Notes under the pieces: generated by a model
What the model was told of the DNA's origin: nothing
Databases searched by the model: none
The model's input: only the letters and a program-made list of their open reading frames with translations
Origin: Candidatus Electrothrix yaqonensis
Lineage (GTDB): Bacteria > Desulfobacterota > Desulfobulbia > Desulfobulbales > Desulfobulbaceae
Assembly (NCBI GenBank): GCA_047651235.1
Contig: CP178758.1
Span: 2,580,001 to 2,612,000, forward strand
DNA length: 32,000 nucleotides
Reading direction: 5' to 3'
Position numbers and translations under genes: made by a program
Shown: positions 1 through 8,843 of the stretch, piece after piece
Layout of the letters: every line of letters starts with the position of its first letter
Numbering within the stretch: position 1 is the stretch's first letter

Positions 1-143
1 CCGGTGTAGGAGGGATCGGTTAAGATCTCTTGGTAACCGCTCATGCTGGTATTAAATACAATTTCACCCACTGCTTCTCCGGGGCCGGTAAAGGAACGTC
101 CGGTAAGCACAGTGCCGTCTTCAAGCGCGATGCATGCTTTCAT
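1..143 (-). CDS. carA: Carbamoyl-phosphate synthase small subunit (glutamine amidotransferase), first 47 codons only; gene continues past the left window edge
   Basis: Minus-strand ATG at 141-143. My translation [48 protein letters not shown] matches the conserved CarA N-terminus ([18 protein letters not shown]). Not in the ORF track because it is cut by the edge. Confidence 0.8.
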   Translation of the reverse strand, partial: MKACIALEDGTVLTGRSFTGPGEAVGEIVFNTSMSGYQEILTDPSYT

Positions 144-246
144 ATGTTCTTGTTCCGTGATAGACTGGGAAGTTTCGCCTGCAGTATTTTATGCCGACAC
201 GTTTTACCATTCTCTGCAGCATCGCGCAATGAAGATCATACATGGG

Positions 247-846
247 TTATCTCCGCATCATGGCGGCAACTTCGCCCATGCGCCTGCCGAGATTCCGTGC
301 CGTGGCAATTCCGGTCGTATCATGCTGATACCCGTCAGGATGGTTACCCCAGGCAGCACCGCCGAAATGGTCACCGTCACCGACAAGAATCATATCATGA
401 ATCATCATGGCCGCATGAACAGCCTGCACAGTCAGCTCCTGGCCTCCGTTCCGTGAGCCGCCCACCGCGATCACGCCGCCGAGTTTATTCCTCAGCATAA
501 AACCGTTCCGCCGGAAGACGACAGTCCGGTCCAGAAACGCCTTGGCCTGACTGGACATGCAGCCCATATATACAGGCGTTGCCATGATGAGTCCGACCAT
601 TTCCGGGTCGGCGAGCTTCGGGATGATGTCCTGGTAATCATCTTGCAGACTGCACAGGACGCCTTTTTTACAGGCATCACAGGCAATGCAGCCCTGAAAC
701 TGCAGCGGGGCAAGATCGATCAGTTCCGTTTCGATGTCACTTCCTGATTCTTCTGCTGTCCGTCGGACTGAATCAAGAGATTGTTCCAGCAGAAAACGGG
801 TGGACTTGTTTTCTCTCGGACTTGCTGAGACGCATATAATTTTCAT
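247..846 (-). CDS. Iron-sulfur flavoprotein / NADPH-dependent FMN reductase family (flavodoxin-like fold)
   Basis: 199-aa ORF starting MKIICVSASPRENKST, a typical FMN-reductase start. Compact cysteine motif C-x2-C-x2-C-x5-C (GCIACDACKKGVLC) as in Isf-type 4Fe-4S sites. Same strand as carA and directly upstream of it. Confidence 0.75.
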   Translation of the reverse strand: MKIICVSASPRENKSTRFLLEQSLDSVRRTAEESGSDIETELIDLAPLQFQGCIACDACKKGVLCSLQDDYQDIIPKLADPEMVGLIMATPVYMGCMSSQAKAFLDRTVVFRRNGFMLRNKLGGVIAVGGSRNGGQELTVQAVHAAMMIHDMILVGDGDHFGGAAWGNHPDGYQHDTTGIATARNLGRRMGEVAAMMRR

Positions 847-943
847 TATTCTTCCTCGTTTTTAGCCTTTTCTTTTTCCTTTACTCTGTGGAGCTGATAA
901 ATTCGATGATTTGAATCTGCTGTGTAAAAACGACCATTTTTGC

Positions 944-1103
944 TTATTCTGCGGAGCCTGTCAATGCCGAGGTGCAAACAGACTGAAGAACCTCATCCGC
1001 TTCCTCCGTGATCACAAAACGCCGATACTTGGCTACGCAGACGAAATGATACATGATACATCAGCAACGATACATTATGACTTTTGCGGATCAGATCTCC
1101 CAT
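944..1103 (-). pseudogene. IS200/IS605-family TnpA (Y1 transposase) N-terminal stub, frameshifted and prematurely terminated
   Basis: Minus-strand reading is MGDLIRKSHNVSLLMYH, then a frame break, then FVCVAKYRRFVITEEADEVLQSVCTSALTGSAE*. The YH.V...KYRR.V core is the conserved start of IS200-type TnpA. The heptamer atgatac is tandemly duplicated (1046-1052 and 1053-1059) exactly at the frame break. Only about 50 codons remain. Confidence 0.4.
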
Positions 1104-1114
1104 AATCCTGAGCC

Positions 1115-2729
1115 TAATTCTACTTTGTCAACCATAACCTTTTGATCTATTTGTAAAAACTTCTTGCAATATCCGGATAAAGTTGTATCTTTCATTAGGA
1201 AGATTTTATCGCTTTTTGATCAAGCTAGCACCTGATAACAGCTATCAAAAAAATACCCGTCAATCGCCCTGATTATAACTTTATTCTTTTTATGAACGCT
1301 CCCAGCCCCGAAAAAAGAAGTCCCCATGACAAATTCTTTGAGTTGACCGGCATCGCCCGGCAACTTACGTCTTTTCACGAAAGATATCATCATTTTTTTA
1401 AGAGACATACGGTAAGTTTGTCAGATAAAGCATTCCAATACTTGAAAGGTTTATTCCAGTCTGACAAAAAAACATGGAACGTATGGAGGAAAAGGTTCCG
1501 GGCGTTAAATATGAGCCCCTCCAGTATTTTCTTTCCGAATCGAACTGGGATTGGCGTCCTGTAAACAACCACGTAGCTAAAGATGCGGATAACATTTTTG
1601 GAGGAAAGGAAGATAGCGCTCTTTTTATTGATGAATCCGGGATACCCAAAAAGGGTAAAATGTCTGTTGGGGTTTCTCGTCAATGGTGCGGGCAGCTTGG
1701 TAAAACCGACAACTGTCAAGTAGTAGTGTTTGCAACTTTGGGATATGGTCGCTTTTCAACGCCGATCGACTGTCGGCTGTATTTACCGAAAAGCTGGACG
1801 GATGACAAGGAACGTTGTCTTAAGGCTAAGATTCCCGCCGACAAAATTGTTTTCAAAACAAAGCATGAACAGGCTCTTGACATGGTCTTCCATGCGCGAA
1901 AGAATGGCGTTCGTTTTAACTGGGTGGGTTGTGATGGTTTTTACGGGAAGAATTCTCAATTTCTTCGGAAACTTGATAATAACGATGAAAAGTTCATGGC
2001 AGATGTTCATAAAGACCAAATAATTTATAATTTATATTGAAGATCCCAACCCTGTCGTTCCAAAAGCAAAATCGAACAAAGGGAAACGCCCGAGCAAGCT
2101 CGAAGCACAAAAAGAAGGCATACGTGTTGATAAATGGGTGATGCAACAACTTAATAATGCATGGAAACGGGTGAAAGTTCGAAATACGACCAAAGGCAAA
2201 CTCATTGTGGATATTCTGCATAGGGAAGTGGCTATGGGACGGTAAAGAGGCTGAAGCAAGAAAATGGCATTTAGTTGTCAGACGTGAGGTTAAGTCCCCG
2301 AAAAAAATTAAATATAGCCTAAGTAATGCGGAAAGTAACACGTCAACAAGACGACTTGCATATATGCAAGCTCAACGATATTGGGTTGAACGGCCATTTC
2401 AGGATGCAAAAAATGAATGTGGAATGGGTGATTATCAGGCTCGGGGATGGCTGGCTTGGCATCATCATATGACTATGGTCATGATGGCCATGTTGTTTAT
2501 GGTCGAGCAACGATTATACCATCAAGTCGGTGTCCCGTTATTGAGTTGCGCTGATATAACAACATTACTCAAGTCAATTCTTCCACGTCGAGATGTAAAC
2601 GAAGATGAAGTTATAAGACAGCTTTGTCAACGGCATGAAAAGAGGCAAGCTTCGATTGATTTCGCATATGAGAAACAACGGAATTGCAAATTATTACCAC
2701 AGCCTTTGTGAGTGCCAAAGTAGAAATAA
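1115..2729 (+). mobile_element. IS701-family insertion sequence (about 1.6 kb), degenerate
   Basis: Imperfect terminal inverted repeats: the left end taattctactttgtcaacc matches the reverse complement of the right end, ttatttctactttggcac (shared core TTCTACTTTG). They enclose a DDE transposase split over several frames. No clear target-site duplication seen. Confidence 0.7.
1292..2711 (+). pseudogene. IS701-family DDE transposase disrupted by at least three frame changes
   Basis: Four pieces are colinear with IS701-type transposases. Piece 1: 1292-1564 (..AFQYLKGLFQSDKK). Piece 2: 1474-2040 (MERMEEKVPGVKYEPLQYFLSESNWDW..FIDESGIPKKGKMSVGVSRQWCGQLGKTDNCQVVVF..GCDGFYG). Piece 3: about 2040-2250. 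Piece 4: 2205-2711 (..KYSLSNA..RYWVERPFQDAKNECGMGDYQARGWLAWHHHMTMVMMA). The first break maps to an A7 run (1466-1472); the others lie near 2035 and 2230. Confidence 0.75.
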
Positions 2730-2759
2730 ACGATAATTTTATTCTGATATATGAGATAT

Positions 2760-2955
2760 ATTTCTCCGCTGAGTGCCGAAGAGAAAAAAACTCATGAGGA
2801 AGGGTGCAGAAATTATAAAAAACATTATTTCCGGAACCGCTGCAGAAGTATTCTGATGAGCTGTGAGGGGATGTACCTTAAATAGTACGTCTTTACAAGT
2901 GCATGAATGGCACATACAGAGTTCAGCCGTCGGGAGCAGTCTGGAACCGGCCTGA
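2760..2955 (+). pseudogene. Possible IS630-type transposase N-terminal HTH relic (stops and frameshift)
   Basis: Reading LSAEEKKTHEEGCRNYKKHYFRNRCRSILMSCEGMY, a frame break, then LNSTSLQVHEWHIQSSAVGSSLEPA*. This loosely follows the IS630 N-terminal pattern LS.eE...L......R.R..iiL....G.s...ia..l.V...tV..W...f...G..gL. Weak, judged by eye only. Confidence 0.3.
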
Positions 2956-3007
2956 TGATCCTGCCCGGATGCGGGCACAGAGCTGTGCTGAACGGTTGTA
3001 TTGACGA

Positions 3008-4465
3008 TCAGGCAAACTCAATGCTGACCGGGCAATGGTCGGAGCCGAGGATGTCGTCATGAATGTCTGCGGCCAGAACCCGGTCCCGGCTGGCAGGATC
3101 AACCAGAAAATAATCAATACGCCAGCCGATATTCTTTGCCCGCGCATTGAAGCGGTAACTCCACCAGGTGTACTGGTCCGGTTCCTGATTGAACAGGCGG
3201 AAGGTATCCACATAGCCTGCTCCGGTCACCTCGTCCATCCAGGCCCGTTCTTCGGGTGAAAAGCCGGGATTCTTCACATTGGCCTTGGGATTGGCAAGAT
3301 CGATTTCTTTATGGGCCACATTCAGGTCGCCGCAGAGAACCACGGATTTTTCCTTTGCCAGCCGGTCCATATACCGGAGAACTTCCCGGTTGAACTCCTG
3401 TTTGAACTGCAGCCGTTTCAGGCCGTGCTGGGCATTGGGAAAATAGGCCGTGATAAAATAAAAATCCGCAAATTCCAGGGTCAGCACCCGGCCTTCGGCA
3501 TCAAATTCTTTTCTTCCCAGGCCATAGATCACATTGAGCGGCGGCTGCCTGCTGAATACGCCTGTCCCGGAATAGCCTTTTTTCTGCGCCGGGTACCAGT
3601 AGGCGGTATAACCGGGAACCTGTCTGACTTCATTCGGCAGCTGGTCCGGCATAGCCTTGATTTCCTGCACGGCAAAAATGTCCGCATCAAATGCCTGCAG
3701 CACATCAAGAAAGCCCTTTTTCAGGGCCGCTCGGAGTCCGTTCACATTCCAGGAAACAAATTTTCGTGCCTTCTGCGCTGAACCTGCCGCCTCGGTTGAC
3801 TTCCCGATTTTTCTTGTTTTGCGCGGGGTGACGCCAATCTGCGGGCAGTCCTGCGTAAGAACACAGCGGTCACAGTGGGGGGCGCGGGATTTACAGGTTC
3901 CCTGGCCGAAAGCGACCAGTAACGAGTTAATTTCTCTCCAGTATTGCTTTGGCAGTTTTTCCCGCAGGGCCATTTCCGTCTGCAGCGGCGTGTCAGTCTG
4001 CACGTATCCCCAGATATTCATGATCCGATGCACATGAGTATCCACGCAGATGGCAGGTTTGCGGAAGGCCACAGCCACGACCAAATTTGCTGTTTTGCGC
4101 CCGACGCCGGGCAGTCTGACCAGCTCCTCCACCGTATCCGGCACCTGTCCGGTAAACTCTTTTTTCAGGACAGCAGGCAGGGCGGCAAGATATTTTGCCT
4201 TATTGCGGAAGAATCCCACCGGGTAGATGATCTTTTCCAGCTCGGTCGGAGAAAGACGCGCAAGGGCGTCAAGGGAATCAGCCCGCTGAAAGAGCCGTTT
4301 TGCTGCTGCTGCGGTAACTTCGTCCTTGGTGCGGGCGGAAAGAATGGTGGCCAGCAGAACTTTGAGCGGCTCGTCAGTCTGCGCGGCAATCAGATCGACC
4401 ACCGGTACCTGATAGCTGCTGACTTCTTTTTTCAGGGCAGCAAGAACGGTGTCGATGGGAAACAT
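3008..4465 (-). CDS. Fusion protein: endonuclease III (Nth, HhH-GPD glycosylase/AP lyase with 4Fe-4S loop) fused to exodeoxyribonuclease III (Xth-type AP endonuclease)
   Basis: One uninterrupted 485-aa ORF. N-terminal half: LLATILSARTKDE, HhH motif LPGVGRKTANLVV, ICVDTHVHRI, and cluster loop C-x6-C-x2-C-x5-C (CKSRAPHCDRCVLTQDC). A basic linker (PRKTRKIGKSTEAAGSAQKARK) follows. C-terminal half: FVSWNVNGLRAALKKGF..DADIFAVQEIK ... GSDHCPVSIEF, the ExoIII/EEP family signature. Confidence 0.85.
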   Translation of the reverse strand: MFPIDTVLAALKKEVSSYQVPVVDLIAAQTDEPLKVLLATILSARTKDEVTAAAAKRLFQRADSLDALARLSPTELEKIIYPVGFFRNKAKYLAALPAVLKKEFTGQVPDTVEELVRLPGVGRKTANLVVAVAFRKPAICVDTHVHRIMNIWGYVQTDTPLQTEMALREKLPKQYWREINSLLVAFGQGTCKSRAPHCDRCVLTQDCPQIGVTPRKTRKIGKSTEAAGSAQKARKFVSWNVNGLRAALKKGFLDVLQAFDADIFAVQEIKAMPDQLPNEVRQVPGYTAYWYPAQKKGYSGTGVFSRQPPLNVIYGLGRKEFDAEGRVLTLEFADFYFITAYFPNAQHGLKRLQFKQEFNREVLRYMDRLAKEKSVVLCGDLNVAHKEIDLANPKANVKNPGFSPEERAWMDEVTGAGYVDTFRLFNQEPDQYTWWSYRFNARAKNIGWRIDYFLVDPASRDRVLAADIHDDILGSDHCPVSIEFA

Positions 4466-4538
4466 AACGATGGTGGGGAATATTGTGTCCCGGCGTTGAA
4501 CGGCCGGGACTCATACGTGGGAAGGCCAGCAGTACCGC

Positions 4539-5897
4539 CTAACTTTTTATCAGCTCCGCAAGCTGAAACGCCATTTCCAGCGACTGCTCGGCGTTCAGTC
4601 TCGGATCGCAGGTCGTCAGGTAATTCCGGCTTAAATGCTCGTCTTCCAGCTTCCTGGCACCACCGGTGCATTCAGTCACATCAGCCCCGGTCAGTTCAAA
4701 ATGCACACCTCCGGGCACGGTTCCTTCGGCCCAGTTCAGCTCAAAGAACTGATGCAGTTCTGCCAGGATGTCGTCAAAGCTACGGGTCTTGTGACCGCTA
4801 TTCGCCTTCCGGATATTGGCATGCATGGGGTCACAGCTCCAGACGACATGCATACCCTCTTTTTTCACCGCCCTGAGCAGCGGCGGCAGATATTTTTCAA
4901 TATCGTTGACCCCGAAGCGGGTGATCAGGGTAATCCTGCCAGCTTCATTGTCAGGATTCAACCGCTCAATAATTTTGAGCATATCGTCAATATCATGCTT
5001 AGGCCCGACTTTGATCCCTAACGGATTCAGCACTCCGCGCAGAAATTCAATATGGGCGCCGTCAATCTGCCGGGTCCGGTCACCGATCCAGAGCATATGC
5101 CCGGAACAGTCATACCAGCCGCCTTCAAGAGAATCCTGACGGGTCAGGGCTTCCTCATAACCAAGAAACAGGGCCTCATGAGAGGTAAAAAACTGGGTCT
5201 GTTTGAGCTGGGGCAGCTCTGTGTTGATTCCGACATTCTGCATAAATTTCATAGCCCGGCTGATCTGTTTGGCCATCCGTTCATAGGAACGTCCCATGGG
5301 TGACTGCCGGACAAACTTCTGATTCCAGGCCTGCACCTTATCCAGCGCACTGAATCCGCCGCCGGTAAAGGCACGCAGCAGGTTCAGACTGGCGGCCGCC
5401 ATATGGTAGCCCTGGAGAAGGCGCTGCGGATCCGGGATGCGGGCTTCCGGGTCCGCATCCTGGGCATTGCACATATCACCCCGGTAACTGGGCAGTTCCA
5501 CACCATCGACCATTTCGGTGTCACTGGAGCGCGGTTTGGCGTACTGCCCGGCGATACGCCCGACTTTGATCACCGGTTTCTCTCCGGCATAGGTCAGGGT
5601 CACCGCCATCTGCAGCAGCACCTTCAGGGTATCGCGGATATTCGGGGCAGTACAGCGGCAGAATTCTTCCGAGCAGTCACCGCCCTGGAGCAGAAAAGCC
5701 TCGCCGTGCACGGCCTTGGCCAGACCGCTCTTCAGATCGCGTATTTCACCGGCAAAGACTAAAGGGGGCAGGCTGGAGATGGTCTGCAGAACATTGTTGA
5801 GTTGTGCTTCATCCGGCCAGTTGGGCTGCTGCAGAACAGGAAAAGTATGCCAGGAGGATTTTGTCCAGTCGGTTGCAGTTGTCATTGCAGTGGTCAT
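4539..5897 (-). CDS. 3-deoxy-7-phosphoheptulonate (DAHP) synthase, class II
   Basis: 452-aa ORF. The W..sW...p..QQP.WPD start, FLLQGGDCSEEF, the IGDRTRQ.DGAH.EF region and overall length are characteristic of class II (plant/actinobacterial type) DAHP synthases. Confidence 0.9.
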   Translation of the reverse strand: MTTAMTTATDWTKSSWHTFPVLQQPNWPDEAQLNNVLQTISSLPPLVFAGEIRDLKSGLAKAVHGEAFLLQGGDCSEEFCRCTAPNIRDTLKVLLQMAVTLTYAGEKPVIKVGRIAGQYAKPRSSDTEMVDGVELPSYRGDMCNAQDADPEARIPDPQRLLQGYHMAAASLNLLRAFTGGGFSALDKVQAWNQKFVRQSPMGRSYERMAKQISRAMKFMQNVGINTELPQLKQTQFFTSHEALFLGYEEALTRQDSLEGGWYDCSGHMLWIGDRTRQIDGAHIEFLRGVLNPLGIKVGPKHDIDDMLKIIERLNPDNEAGRITLITRFGVNDIEKYLPPLLRAVKKEGMHVVWSCDPMHANIRKANSGHKTRSFDDILAELHQFFELNWAEGTVPGGVHFELTGADVTECTGGARKLEDEHLSRNYLTTCDPRLNAEQSLEMAFQLAELIKS

Positions 5898-6102
5898 ATT
5901 TCTATCCGGGGAAAATTAATATTTGATATTGAGAGGCTGTCTGTTGTTCCGCAGAACCAGATGTCCTTTTTCGGCTGCAGGAAAGAAGGTACCATCTTCT
6001 GCTGAATATTTTTCTATATTTCTGCGCAAACTGCGCTCCTCTTTTGAGAAGCTGTTGTACAATAAGTTTGAGCAACAGGTCAGAGCTGAAACGCTATCAC
6101 TA

Positions 6103-6471
6103 TCAGTTGAATTCAGCTGGCTGCATAGCTTTTACGCCATTTACCGAGAGAATATCATTTGCTAGGTCATCGGCTATTTTCGGAATTAAACGCTTCATAT
6201 TTTCGTCGTATGTTTCGGGCCAGATTTTCTGGAGTTTCTTCCGGCCATCCTCATTTATATACAACGTTTTATCCGGTGTAATCAGCACCATCGCTACATG
6301 ACCGGAATTTTCGTTGACAGCAAACACAAAGTCATCCTTGTCCTTTATCAGCCCTTGATACCAATAATCAATATGCTCCTCCATATCATATTCATAAAGA
6401 GAGTAAGCCATTTTCCCTTTTCTTACGAACGTATTATGCAGGAGGATTTCAATTTCTGTTTTTTTGGTCAT
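6103..6471 (-). CDS. Hypothetical protein (122 aa), no recognisable domain
   Basis: ORF-track entry 6103-6525. I prefer the internal ATG at 6469-6471 (MTKKTEIEILL..), preceded by a purine-rich ggaagggaac stretch. Lies in a lower-GC stretch. Confidence 0.45.
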   Translation of the reverse strand: MTKKTEIEILLHNTFVRKGKMAYSLYEYDMEEHIDYWYQGLIKDKDDFVFAVNENSGHVAMVLITPDKTLYINEDGRKKLQKIWPETYDENMKRLIPKIADDLANDILSVNGVKAMQPAEFN

Positions 6472-6630
6472 CCGAGTTCCCTTCCCCTTCTTTCTACCTG
6501 TCTCGCCTGCCTTCTGTCTCTGCAATTATCGCGCTAAGATAGGAAATTTATCCTGAAACGGAGGAGGTTGAAACAGCTTCTTATCACTCCGAATCCGAAC
6601 AGCACCTTTTTACATGGTGTCAACAACAGA

Positions 6631-7716
6631 TTATTCTTTTAAAAGAAGAAAATTAGAAGCTGGCAATGCACCGCGTTGCACGCATGAATCTCCATAGAAA
6701 TAAGCTAAAGCTGACTCGTTATCTATTATAACAGCTATTTCTTCCGATATGGAGACAGGCTTCCATATTGTTTTGGGTTTGGTAAGTTTTGCCTGTTCAC
6801 TCCAAGATGTCCCGGATCGGACAAATATATATGAAGAGTCGCCCCAAGAGAAAATAGCCGTATCAACTGATATTGCTACAAAAATTCCACTCCCGCTGTC
6901 GCCTCCCGAAGGCATAAGTTTCGCCTGTTCAGTCCAGGATGTTCCGGATCGGACAAATATATACGCAGAATCATATCCGCCGACAATAACCGTATCATTT
7001 GATATGGCTACAGACCTGAGTCCGCTACCACCGTCTGAGGGTGTAAGTTTCGCCTGTTCAGTCCAGGATGTTCCGGATCGGACAAATATATATGTGGCAT
7101 CGCCATCACGGTGAATAACAACGGTATTACCCGATATGGCTACAAAACGGTGCCAATGCGGGAAAGGAATGGTAACCGTAAGTTTCGCCTGTTCAGTCCA
7201 GGATGTCCCGGATCGGACAAATATATACACGTCATCCCCGCCGACAACAACGGTATCACCTGATATGGCTACAGAACGACCGAAATTACTGTTACCATCC
7301 GGGGCCGTAAGTTTCGCCTGTTCACTCCAGGATGTCCCGGATCGGATAAAAATATAAGCAGCTCCTGATGTGCCGACAATTGCCGTATCGCCAGATACAG
7401 ATACAGATATAGTCCAGTCGTGAAGGACAGCATCAGACGGAACGAGCACAGCCTGCTGACGCCAACAGAAGTTATCGGAGCGAGAAAGAACGTATGCAGA
7501 ACTGGAACTCGACTTACATCCGATGGAACCTATGACCGATGTATCATTGGACAAGGATACGGATCCTCCGAAATATTCACAATCTGATATTTTTTTAATC
7601 TGTACCTTCTGGACAGTATCCAAATCAACAGTCGCAAGACCGAACAGCGGAAATATAAATACACCCGAAAAAAATATAATTATCAAAAAACTGATAGAAT
7701 TTATCCGTATAGACAT
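6631..7716 (-). CDS. Secreted FG-GAP / integrin-alpha-like beta-propeller repeat protein
   Basis: N-terminal hydrophobic signal (MSIRINSISFLIIIFFSGVFIFPLFGLA). Five to six units of about 44 aa follow with the pattern AYIF(V/I)RSGTSW(S/T)EQAKLT.(S/P)DG....G.SVAISGDT.VVG, typical of FG-GAP-like blades. Confidence 0.7.
   Translation of the reverse strand: MSIRINSISFLIIIFFSGVFIFPLFGLATVDLDTVQKVQIKKISDCEYFGGSVSLSNDTSVIGSIGCKSSSSSAYVLSRSDNFCWRQQAVLVPSDAVLHDWTISVSVSGDTAIVGTSGAAYIFIRSGTSWSEQAKLTAPDGNSNFGRSVAISGDTVVVGGDDVYIFVRSGTSWTEQAKLTVTIPFPHWHRFVAISGNTVVIHRDGDATYIFVRSGTSWTEQAKLTPSDGGSGLRSVAISNDTVIVGGYDSAYIFVRSGTSWTEQAKLMPSGGDSGSGIFVAISVDTAIFSWGDSSYIFVRSGTSWSEQAKLTKPKTIWKPVSISEEIAVIIDNESALAYFYGDSCVQRGALPASNFLLLKE
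6783..7357 (-). repeat. Intragenic tandem repeat: five copies of a nearly identical core of about 50 nt, spaced 129-135 nt apart
   Basis: The core taagttt(c/t)gcctgttca(g/c)tcca(g/a)gatgt(t/c)ccggatcgga(c/t)aaa(t/a)atata starts at 6783, 6915, 7044, 7179 and 7308. All spacings are multiples of 3. The core encodes the YIFVRSGTSW.EQAKLT part of each blade, and the segments between cores are much more divergent. Confidence 0.85.
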
Positions 7717-7806
7717 ATTTATTTTTCAAGCACTTGGGAGGGTATTACTTTTTTTAAAAAGGTCAAAAACCGGAAAGCTGTAAGCAGCTCTCCGGTCATT
7801 TAAGGA

Positions 7807-8703
7807 TTACAGCTCCAGCCAGGATTCAGAGAAAACCGTCTGGCCGGACAGGGCCTTGTAGGTCTTGTAATGCTCAATGGCTGTTCCTTCCAAGGTGGAG
7901 GGATCAGGATCATTGCCGTCCATCATGCCGTGCACCAGATCCACCAGCTCCTGACGCTCACCACGGCAGATCGCCATCAGCTCCTCATCATAGGAATTGA
8001 CAATGGCTGTGGAAATCCCGTATTTCATCAGCATGACCAGATAGGTGCGGTCCAGATATTTCCGCAGATGTTCGGCCACGCCGTTGGACACGTTAGACAG
8101 GCCTACTGTTGACCCGGAACCCGGTGCGATATCCGGCAGCATCATCATGAATTCGAGACCGGAAGCAATCTGATCCGCACCCAGGGTGATCGGAGTGCCA
8201 ATGGGATCGAACAGAATTTTTTCATTGGCGATTCCAGCCTCATTCAGAGCCATCATCAGATCCACGGCCATTGCTGCCCGCTCGTTGGAATCACGGGGCA
8301 TGCCGTCCGGTCCCCAGAGCAGGGCAATAACGTTGCAGCCTGCCTCGGCAGCCACCGGGATCAGTTTTTCCATGCGCTCCGGCTGGGCGGAAATGGAGTT
8401 CATGATCGCTTCGCTCTTGTTGCTCACCACCTGAAAACCGGCTGCCATTGCATCGGTATTGGTGGTATCCAGACAAAGCGGGATATCAACCGTTCCCTGC
8501 ACGGTCTCCACAACCCAAGGCATCAGTTCGGTGCCGTCCTTCCGGGCCGGACCGATATTCAGGTCAAGATAGGAAGCTCCGGCAGCGGTTTCTTCCTTTG
8601 CCATCTCCTGAACAGGCCCCTGGGTGCGCTCCTTCATGGCGGTGCCGCTTCTTTTCCCCATAATGTTGATGCTTTCGGCGATCGCCTTTACCGTCATTGC
8701 CAT
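7807..8703 (-). CDS. acsE: Pterin-binding methyltransferase, methyl-H4folate:corrinoid/Fe-S protein methyltransferase family (AcsE/MeTr-like)
   Basis: The 298-aa ORF aligns by eye with Moorella AcsE: IAESINIMGKR..ERT.GPVQEMAKEE..AGASYLDLNIGPA, LCLDTTN, MNSIS, GLSNVSNG. No corrinoid protein or CODH/ACS gene is adjacent. Confidence 0.7.
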   Translation of the reverse strand: MAMTVKAIAESINIMGKRSGTAMKERTQGPVQEMAKEETAAGASYLDLNIGPARKDGTELMPWVVETVQGTVDIPLCLDTTNTDAMAAGFQVVSNKSEAIMNSISAQPERMEKLIPVAAEAGCNVIALLWGPDGMPRDSNERAAMAVDLMMALNEAGIANEKILFDPIGTPITLGADQIASGLEFMMMLPDIAPGSGSTVGLSNVSNGVAEHLRKYLDRTYLVMLMKYGISTAIVNSYDEELMAICRGERQELVDLVHGMMDGNDPDPSTLEGTAIEHYKTYKALSGQTVFSESWLEL

Positions 8704-8843
8704 GTGTATTCTCCTTCGTTGGATTAATGTATACCGTATTTATTATTGAAAATAATCAAGTTCATCGAAGAATGATTCCTTGCCGATCAACAACAAGATT
8801 CAACGGAACCGTGAGTTTGCGGTGCCCAGTGAAATTACTATTC

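Noticed and set aside
1466-1472. A7 run in the IS701 transposase as a programmed frameshift site
   Set aside because: The IS701 family is not known to use programmed frameshifting, and the gene has at least two further frame disruptions downstream. Decay or a sequencing error is the simpler explanation.
3944-4876. 310-aa plus-strand ORF spanning the nth-xth start and the DAHP synthase end
   Set aside because: It overlaps two strongly supported minus-strand genes. The composition is that of an antisense shadow, and no domain is visible.
6783-7357. Regularly spaced repeats of about 50 nt with variable spacers of about 80 nt, superficially CRISPR-like
   Set aside because: They lie inside one long ORF. 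The spacings are all multiples of 3, and the repeats encode the conserved strand of a protein blade motif. There are no cas genes and no leader. This is a protein-coding tandem repeat, not a CRISPR array.
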